From positions 1 to 21,912 of the forward strand of contig CAXGWI010000050.1 of the NCBI GenBank assembly GCA_964013405.1: a stretch of 21,912 nucleotides of DNA. Reading direction: 5' to 3'. Positions within the stretch are counted from its first letter, which is position 1; every line of letters starts with the position of its first letter. The DNA comes from an uncultured Myxococcales bacterium (GTDB taxonomy: Bacteria; Myxococcota; UBA4151). A program made the position numbers and the translations under genes. Shown piece by piece: positions 1 to 7,100 of this stretch. The notes under the pieces were generated by a model that was not told the origin of the DNA, made no database searches, and was given only the letters and a program-made list of their open reading frames with translations.

Positions 1-1
1 C

Positions 2-1288
2 GATGAGGTTTACCGCGTGATGAACTCGGGGAAAGAGCATCGCCACTTGCAAGGGCACGATGGCCTGACCGCTGAAGACTTCGCCGCTGCGCGCGACGAC
101 GACGGGCGGCGGGTCTCCTTCTTCTTCCGGCTCACCGAGACTCCAGCCCCCCAACACCAACACCTGACCATTATCGAAGACGGTGGCGCTGTGGTCCCAG
201 CGGGGGCCGCTGGCGATCTCAAGGCCGACGGCTTGACCCAAATTGGGGTCGTAGACTTCGACGGCCTGGGCTGGTTCCGGCTCACCACCGAACTCGGTGA
301 TGGTGCGCCCTCCGATGAAGACAACCCGACCGTCGGGCAGCGTGCTGGCGCTGTGGCCGAAGCGACCCACGTTCATGGCGCCCACGGGGTTGATGCTGCC
401 GTCCGTGGGGTCAAAGATTTCCAGACTCCCGGTGGCTTCGGCGCGGGCGGGAATCGGGCTGGTCAGCCCGCCGGAAATGAGCACTCGCCCATCGGGGAGC
501 AGGGCCAGGGCTGGCTGGATGCGGCCCACTTCCATGGGGCCGTGCCAACTGGGACTGCCATTGTTGGGATCGAAGACTTCCAGGGTGCGGTCCGCCTGAC
601 TGCGGCGATTGAGCCCACCGGCGATGACCAGGCGCCCATCGGGGAGTTGCAGGCTACCGGCCTGGCTCCGGGCTTGTTGGCCGGCGAACTGGGCTTGAAA
701 GTGACCATCTTCGTAAATGGGAAAGCCGCCGTCAAAGCGGCGTGGCGGGCCAAAGTCTGGTCGGCCTGCATCCCGAAAGCCTGCGTCAGGACGGCTGCTG
801 GAGCCTCCATCCACTGGGGGAGGGCCTGCGTCGGGGGGTTGAACCTGTTCAAAACTACGACCCATCACGAGCACGCCTGTGGGATCCGGGCAGAGCACGT
901 CGGCGTTGATGTCAGGGTGGTCGATGGCGATGGTCGCCGCATGCCCAGCGCCACCGCCGCCGACACCGATGCGGGGTCCGTAGGTGACCGAAAACTCCGC
1001 TTCTTGCCCACTCCCGATGACATCCACTGCCTGGGGTGGCGCGCTGAACTGTTGCTGAACAATCGGGCTGGTTCCGTCCCGCCAGCGAATCTCAAAATCG
1101 GTCAGTGCGGTGTTGCCGGTGTTGATGACTTTGAAGTTGAGGGTCCGAGTCTGCCCCACGGGAATCTCACCGAAATCCAGATCGGTGGGCTCCACTTCGT
1201 AACGACACACTCGGGTGGTGAGGTTGGGGTCCTCGCATTCGCAGCCCAGGAGGGCGATGGGGAACAGAAGCAGGCTTCGTTTCAACAC
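2..1288 (-). CDS. Lipoprotein with N-terminal ASH/choice-of-anchor-D-like Ig domain and Kelch-repeat beta-propeller (partial, runs off the left edge)
   Basis: Hand translation of the minus strand from GTG at 1288 gives MLKRSLLLFPIALLG-CECEDPNL (lipobox), then EPTDLDFGEIPVGQTRTLNFKVINTGN (ASH/Ig signature) and a PDAG/DGG linker. Kelch repeats follow: ARSQAGSLQLPDGRLVIAGG..LEVFDP, GRIQPALALLPDGRVLISGG..LEIFDP, GRFGHSASTLPDGRVVFIGG..VEVYDP, PRWDHSATVFDNGQVLVLGG, and the start of a fifth (PRVHHAVNLI). There is no stop before position 1, which explains its absence from the ORF track. Confidence 0.88.
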   Translation of the reverse strand, partial: MLKRSLLLFPIALLGCECEDPNLTTRVCRYEVEPTDLDFGEIPVGQTRTLNFKVINTGNTALTDFEIRWRDGTSPIVQQQFSAPPQAVDVIGSGQEAEFSVTYGPRIGVGGGGAGHAATIAIDHPDINADVLCPDPTGVLVMGRSFEQVQPPDAGPPPVDGGSSSRPDAGFRDAGRPDFGPPRRFDGGFPIYEDGHFQAQFAGQQARSQAGSLQLPDGRLVIAGGLNRRSQADRTLEVFDPNNGSPSWHGPMEVGRIQPALALLPDGRVLISGGLTSPIPARAEATGSLEIFDPTDGSINPVGAMNVGRFGHSASTLPDGRVVFIGGRTITEFGGEPEPAQAVEVYDPNLGQAVGLEIASGPRWDHSATVFDNGQVLVLGGWSLGEPEEEGDPPPVVVARSGEVFSGQAIVPLQVAMLFPRVHHAVNLI

Positions 1289-1301
1289 AGTCTCTCTTTC
1301 A

Positions 1302-2273
1302 TCACGCTTCGGGAGGATCGCCCAAAAGGTCCTGGACGTCCACGAGTCCAACGACTCGGTGGTTTCGATCGAGCACTGGCGCTTGATCGAGACTGGAGGT
1401 GGACAGGACCGCCTCTGCATCCTGCACCCGGTCGTCGGGGTTGAGGGTGGTGGGTTCAGCCGTCACATGCTGGCTTAAGTCGCCTTCAAGATCGGCTTTA
1501 CCGAGACTCACCAGTCGACGGAGGTCTCCATCGGTGAAAATGCCCAGCAGATGATCTTCACCATCCACCAGGAGTGCACAACCGGGCCTGCCCGGGGTTT
1601 CACTCATGACCGCCAGTGCCGCTTGAAGTTTGGCTGGAGCCCGGAGCAGGGGCAGCATTTCCCCTTGCCGCATCACCGCAGAGACGGGTCTGAGCCGGCG
1701 TCCGAGACTGCCGCCCGGGTGGTTGCGGGCAAAATCCTCGGGGGTCGTGCCGAGGGTTTGGGCCACTGCCATCGCCAGTGCGTCGCCCAGGGCGAGCATG
1801 ACCGTGGAGCTGGTTGTGGGGGCCAGGCCCAAGGGGTCTGCTTCATCGAATTGCCCAGTGGCGATGCAGACGGTGGCCGCTTTGCCTAAGGGGGAATCGG
1901 CCCGCGCCGTCATGGCGATCAACTGACAGCCTAAGGCTTTGAGCGGACCGAGAAGGGCGACGACCTCACCAGTTCGGCCCGAGTTGGAGAGGGCGAGGAC
2001 CACATCGCCCCCTTTGACTTGACCCAAATCGCCATGGACCGCTTCGGCCGGGTGTAAAAAGAAGGAGGGCCGGCCGGTGCTCGCCAGGGTGGCGGCGATT
2101 TTTTTGCCCACATGACCGGCCTTCCCCATGCCGGTGACGACGACACGGCCACGGCACTGAGCCATCATGTCGACGGCCTGCTCAATCTCGTCACCCAGGC
2201 TGTCATGGAGGCGCAGCAAGGCCTGGGCTTCCATGGCGAGGACCTGCTTCGCTGTCTCGAGTGGGCTGGTCAT
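1302..2273 (-). CDS. kdsD: KpsF/GutQ/KdsD family D-arabinose-5-phosphate isomerase (SIS domain + CBS pair)
   Basis: Motifs GRVVVTGMGKAGHVGKKIAATLASTG, FLHPAEAVHGDLG, LSNSGRT.E, EADPLGLAPTTS, FARNHPGGSLG, and CBS motif GIFTDGDLRR. I prefer the ATG at 2273 over the TTG at 2294 because of the promoter geometry. Confidence 0.93.
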   Translation of the reverse strand: MTSPLETAKQVLAMEAQALLRLHDSLGDEIEQAVDMMAQCRGRVVVTGMGKAGHVGKKIAATLASTGRPSFFLHPAEAVHGDLGQVKGGDVVLALSNSGRTGEVVALLGPLKALGCQLIAMTARADSPLGKAATVCIATGQFDEADPLGLAPTTSSTVMLALGDALAMAVAQTLGTTPEDFARNHPGGSLGRRLRPVSAVMRQGEMLPLLRAPAKLQAALAVMSETPGRPGCALLVDGEDHLLGIFTDGDLRRLVSLGKADLEGDLSQHVTAEPTTLNPDDRVQDAEAVLSTSSLDQAPVLDRNHRVVGLVDVQDLLGDPPEA

Positions 2274-2308
2274 GGCGGCAGTCTGCGCTGTCAAAGCATG
2301 GGTGGCAA
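2274..2308 (-). promoter_or_regulatory. Putative sigma70-type promoter for kdsD, probably leaderless
   Basis: Minus strand reads TTGCCA(2308-2303)-N17-CAGACT(2285-2280)-N6-ATG(2273). No Shine-Dalgarno (SD) sequence is present. Confidence 0.5.
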
Positions 2309-2331
2309 GGGATGGCTGAGAGGGGCGGCTC

Positions 2332-2372
2332 TTGATTTAACGACCGCTCAGATTAGACTCTACGCAAGGAGG
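2332..2372 (+). promoter_or_regulatory. Putative sigma70-type promoter and RBS for the HMA-thioredoxin/barrel operon
   Basis: TTGATT(2332-2337)-N16-TAGACT(2354-2359), then AAGGAGG(2366-2372) 7 nt before GTG 2380. Confidence 0.55.
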
Positions 2373-2379
2373 CGTTCCG

Positions 2380-3072
2380 GTGGCGTTTGGGTGGGCGAAA
2401 CGGGCGAGTGGCTGGTTCACTGTAATCGCCTGCCTGTTGCTGTTTGCTTGTGCTCATGGACCGCCCGCTCACTTTAAGCCGGCTGTGGTGTCCTTGCAGG
2501 ATCTTTACTGTGCCACTTGTGGCGATGCGGTGGTCGGTCGTTTGGGCAACGAGTCTCGAATTCATGGGCCTCGTTTCGATTTGAAGTCCGTCGAAGTCCA
2601 CTTTCACCACAATGGAGAGACGCTTGGCGTGGCCGAGGTGCTCAAGATGATTGAGCGGATGGGTTTTAAGGGAGTCGAGGGGGCTGGCAAGGGAAGCTAT
2701 GCCGCCGATGTTGAGTTCCCGGAGAGTTTCGATTTCAAAATCATTTCCGGCGCCGGAGAAGACGTGGATATCGAGGCGCATCTCGCCATCGAAAAAGTGA
2801 CGGTGGTGGAGTTTTATGCCCCTTGGTGCGGGCCGTGTCGCGACACCGATAAAGCCATGCGGATGCACATGAAGGATGATCGGGAAGTGGCCATGCGAAA
2901 GGTCAACGTGGTGGATTGGACCACGCCGGCCGCCCAGCGTTATCTGGGAGCCGTCAGCGAACTACCCCTCGTGATCGTCTACGACAAAGGGGGTAAGGAA
3001 GTGGACCGATGGGCTGGCTTTAAAGAGGCGCGTCTCGCCAAGGCGCTCGGCGATGCAAAGGCCCGCCCTTGA
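2380..3072 (+). CDS. Lipoprotein: HMA-like (CxxC) domain fused to a thioredoxin domain
   Basis: Signal with lipobox LLFA-C. HMA-like segment VVSLQDLYCATCGDAVVGRL...VLKMIERMGFK, with CxxC after the first strand and GF at the end. Thioredoxin segment KVTVVEFYAPWCGPCR...VSELPLVIVYDKGGKEV, with the WCGPC active site and cis-Pro. Strong RBS. Confidence 0.85.
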   Translation: MAFGWAKRASGWFTVIACLLLFACAHGPPAHFKPAVVSLQDLYCATCGDAVVGRLGNESRIHGPRFDLKSVEVHFHHNGETLGVAEVLKMIERMGFKGVEGAGKGSYAADVEFPESFDFKIISGAGEDVDIEAHLAIEKVTVVEFYAPWCGPCRDTDKAMRMHMKDDREVAMRKVNVVDWTTPAAQRYLGAVSELPLVIVYDKGGKEVDRWAGFKEARLAKALGDAKARP

Positions 3073-4112
3073 GGTTCCTTTTTGGTCTTTGCGCCCTGGG
3101 GCTCGCCATCGCTCCATCCCTCGTACGGGCCGCAGCCTGCAGCGGCTGCACCAACCCAAGACTACAAAACAACCTCGGCTTGGATGCACGAAACCCCCAA
3201 GCGGGGGCCTTGAGTCTGCGATTGTCCTTGGGAGGAACCCAAACCCATGCGTCCCACGCGGTGGATGAGGAGCAATACGAACCCAACCACGACCCGAATC
3301 AGCCTGGCGCCCATGCCCATGTGCAGGCGGCGACCCATGACCTTGACTTTGTCTTGGCCAATTTCAGCCTGGGGCTTGATTACGCCTTCAGCACCAAGGG
3401 GGCGTTGAGCCTGCAGGTGCCCCTACGGCGGGTGGATGTGGTGGCCCGTTTTCTCGATGAAGCCGGTGGCGAGATGACCGGTTTTGAGAGCATTCATCAC
3501 CGCACAGAAACCCTCCAGGGCTTGGGGGACCCAGAACTCGGCTACACCCATCTAGTGCTTCAACCCACGGCCCGTTTGCCCCTGACTCTTTTGCTGACCG
3601 GTGGGCTCAGCCTTCCGCTGGGGGGCGTGGTGGAGAACCCCTTTGAATTGGGGCGGGACGGCAAAGATCATCAGCACATCTTCTTTGGCACGGGAACGGT
3701 GGATCCGTTGTTGGGCGTGGCCCTTGCTTTCAACCGAGTGACTTGGGGGGCAGCAGGCTATGCTCGGCTTCGTCACGCCCTCTACAGCAATCACCATGAT
3801 TACAACGCGGGCACGGAGCTGACCGCCGGGCTTAGTGCCGGCAGTGGTTTTGGGCTGGAGGGTTTGAACCTGCGTGCGAGCACGGAAGTATTTTGGCAGC
3901 GCCCGGCTCGATGGGGTGACGAGGTGGCGAAAAACTCAGGGCGCATCGACCTCATTCCCGGTCTCTCCCTCAGTTATGCCTGGAAAGAGCGCCTCACCGT
4001 GATGGCCATGCTTCGCCGCCCCATCACCTTGGCGGTGGAGGGAGGGCAGTTGGACTTAGGCTTTCATGGGGCTTTAGGCCTGCGCTGGCTGGTGTTGAAG
4101 CCAGCGAGCTAA
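3069..4112 (+). CDS. Exported His-rich outer-membrane beta-barrel ('transporter'/Phenol_MetA_deg-like) with N-terminal CxxC
   Basis: The TTG start overlaps the upstream TGA (TTGA). Signal peptide ends VRA|AACSGC. It has alternating amphipathic strands (LGLDYAF, LSLQVPL, LSLSYAW, LGLRW) and family-like motifs GLGDP, GLSLPLG and FGTGTVDP. It contains 15 His, six of them clustered in HASHAV..NHD..AHAH..THD. Confidence 0.75.
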   Translation: MRFLFGLCALGLAIAPSLVRAAACSGCTNPRLQNNLGLDARNPQAGALSLRLSLGGTQTHASHAVDEEQYEPNHDPNQPGAHAHVQAATHDLDFVLANFSLGLDYAFSTKGALSLQVPLRRVDVVARFLDEAGGEMTGFESIHHRTETLQGLGDPELGYTHLVLQPTARLPLTLLLTGGLSLPLGGVVENPFELGRDGKDHQHIFFGTGTVDPLLGVALAFNRVTWGAAGYARLRHALYSNHHDYNAGTELTAGLSAGSGFGLEGLNLRASTEVFWQRPARWGDEVAKNSGRIDLIPGLSLSYAWKERLTVMAMLRRPITLAVEGGQLDLGFHGALGLRWLVLKPAS

Positions 4113-4118
4113 ACCAAG

Positions 4119-7100
4119 CTAGCGGACAAGGAGATAGGCAACCCGAGCGCTGCCATGATGACCCGCTGCATGGCCCGGCGATTTGCCCAGGGCTGTCCAG
4201 TGAAAGCCCTCGCAGTAGCCTCGCCAATTCCAGTTGGATGAGAACGCACCCAGTCGGAAGCGCTGCTGGTCGTCGCCGGCACCGGCGTTGGTCCGCCGGT
4301 TGATCCCCATGTACTGGCAGGAGGCTCGGGGGTTAGCCCCCGACTCGGAGAGATCCAGCCAGTCTTGTTGCGTGGTCTCAAGGGCTCTTGCGGGCCCGTT
4401 AAACAGGGCGTGAAGGCTTAAGGGGCCGGCGGGGATCGCCTCTTCGCCCTCGATGGGCTCAGGGGGTGGGCCAATGGGCGCTCGTAGGAGGCGTAGACTG
4501 TCCGAGGGGCTGTCCATGGCGACGAGCAATTCGGTCACCTCCAGTCGGCTCCAGCCCGGGTATTTGTAGTCCTCTGAGCCCGAGAGATGGGGTGTTTCTG
4601 GGTTCAGGGCTTCTTCGTTGGTCCAGAATTCGGCCTCGAAGTTCAGGCTCTCGCTGCGCCCGTTGGCTTTGAGCGCCAGGGTCCAAGGGAGGCCATCACC
4701 GTAAGGCACGCAGTAGGCCAAGAAGGCCTGGTTGGGGTCCTCGCTGTCCGGATTGATCCAACGGGGGCGCGGGACGATGGCGTTGGCCCCCAAGTCCGCA
4801 CAACTGTTGAGCGCGCTGGCTCGTTCGGAGCCGGCGCGTAAGAGGCAGTCTTGTCCGCAACTGGGATGATCTGGATCGGCGCCTGGATCGCACTCTTCGC
4901 CGGGGTCCACGTCGCCGTCGCCGCAGTGCTCCTTACCCTTGGCGCCGCAGTCCGTGGGGCCGACGAGTGGAGGTCCAAAGTCGTAGCGCTCGTCGGGTTG
5001 GACGACGAAGTCGCCACAGCTTGCTCGCCAGGTGCTGGGCTGTTCCAACTCGAAGCGGTCGCCGCGCATGAACGGCGCCCAGCCGTCATCCTCGCTCTGC
5101 TCCAACACGAAACCAGGGCGGTCGCTGTAGGTCGGTGGAAGGACAGCAAAAGGAACCACGTCATCGAGACGTCGACTGTTCAGATCCCAGTTATCGTCGT
5201 TGCGAAAACGAACACCAGTAGCCCAAAGCAGCAAGGTCGGATCATGCCAGCCACTTTTTCCGATATGCTCGTGATTGTTTAGGTGTGTGCCTGTGGCGGC
5301 ATCTCGAATGGTCCCGCCAGCCTGTAGAACAAAGCGACCGTCCCGGCTAAACCATGCGCTGCCACCCCCTGTGCGCCAGCGATAGACCTCTGCATCGGCC
5401 GGGATCATCTCGTTACACCAGGCGCCAAAGCGACCGCATTCCCGTTGCAGCAGCAGGTCGTCCGTGACCGGGTTGATGGAGGCGTTAATCAGATTCTCAT
5501 AACCATTGTAGGGGTCGATCCCTAAGCGCCGTATGACACTGCCCTCAAGGTCATAGATCACCACCTCATCGGTGCCTTGATTGACGGTAACGATTCGCTG
5601 GCCATGGCCACCTAAATCGAAGCCAGGGATGGTCGTCTCGTGGTCAAAGGCATTGATCACCTCGCCGGTTGCAGCCTCGTAGATTCGAAAGGTCGAGCCC
5701 GGCTGGGTGTTGCTGCAACAGCCAGTGTAGCGACGGGGGGAGGTGACGAAGATGCTGCCGTCAGGGCTGAAAACACCGCTCCAGCCATCGACCACGTAGA
5801 GCACCTCACCGTCAGAGGTTCTCCAGACGATGGTCTGGGCCCAGACCCCGTCACCGATCTGGGTGGGGATTCGAGAGCTTCCCAGGCGCCCGTCGGGGGA
5901 GATCGAGCCCAAGTGGGCGCCCTGGGGCGCGGCAAAGGATCGAAGCACCTGACCACTGGCGGTATCAAAGACCCGGACCATGCCGGCGTTAAAGGTGAAG
6001 AGTTCCTGGCCATCGGCCGAGGCAAAGACGCTATGTCCTGTAGTCTGGTGGACGAGGTTCACCCGAGGCCAGGGTTGAACGGGCACCAGGTCACCACCGG
6101 GACCCAACTCACCGATGCCCTCGAAATGAACTCGGGCAGCTTGGGCGAAGATCGGCTTGTGCCCCCAGAGCCCCTGATTGCTCATGACACCAAAAGCCGC
6201 GTTGGGATCACCGACAAAGGGGTTGCCCTGGGCCTCCAGGGTCGAGTGACCGTTCCCGTTGCAGTCATCGTTCCAACCCAGACTCCCAAAGCAAAGGCGT
6301 AGGCGGTTGGGCGCCCTTTGAATACGCAGGTTGTCAACGGGTTGGTTGGCCACGGCCTGGGAAAGGATGAGGGTGACTCCGTCGCCAAAGAAGGGAGCTG
6401 CTGCCTGGCCCGGATAGAGGCGCAGTCGGGGGAGGCGATGGTCATCAGTGGTGGCCATGGGGACCGCTAAGTCGTCGATGCCGTCCTCGTTGAAGTCGCC
6501 CAGTGCGCAGGCGGTACCGCTGCGGCTGGCTGCGGGAAACCGCGGGTTTGCACCTTCGGAAAGCCAAGTCCGGGTGGCCTCGAAGGTCTCCGGCAACTGG
6601 CCGACGGCATCGGGGTCGATCACCCCGTGCCAGCCGCCCAGACTGTCGAGCCCACAGAGGACAATTTCCTGCACGCCATCGTCATCAAGATGGCGTCGAA
6701 AGCCACCCTTGATCTCTGGGCTGCCACCTTCTTCGCTTAAGGGTAAGACCTGGCTACTCACCGTGGACCACTTCAGCGGCGGTCCCATGTAGATCTGCTC
6801 CCAGGGCCCGACGGTGTGACCGTCCGGTTGGACGATGCGCAGGGCTTTCACCCGAGCATCCTTGAACCAGGATGGCTGCAAGTTGATGAAGAATTCGTGG
6901 AGGTTGACGGTGGTGCGCCAGCGGATGGGCAGATCCCGTTCTACCTCGTAACGCCAACTGCCATCTCCCAGTTGTTCCACATCCCCAAACTGGATCTTTG
7001 AGCAGCGTCGATAGGGGTCGTCCCCCTCCTCCACACAGACACCGCTGGCCTGGGCCGTCATCTCGGCTGGTCGGATAATTCGCTGGGCCGGGATGCGAAT

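Noticed and set aside
17..1444. 475-aa plus-strand ORF
   Set aside because: It is the codon-aligned antisense shadow of the Kelch lipoprotein and also overlaps the kdsD 3' end. It has no recognisable motifs.
2380..4112. Selenocysteine read-through in the CxxC proteins
   Set aside because: All CxxC motifs are encoded by Cys codons, and no in-frame TGA interrupts either ORF.
4119..4330. Possible diversity-generating retroelement variable region at the adhesin C-terminus
   Set aside because: I found no template repeat differing at adenines and no reverse transcriptase in the window. A remote DGR cannot be excluded, but nothing here supports one.
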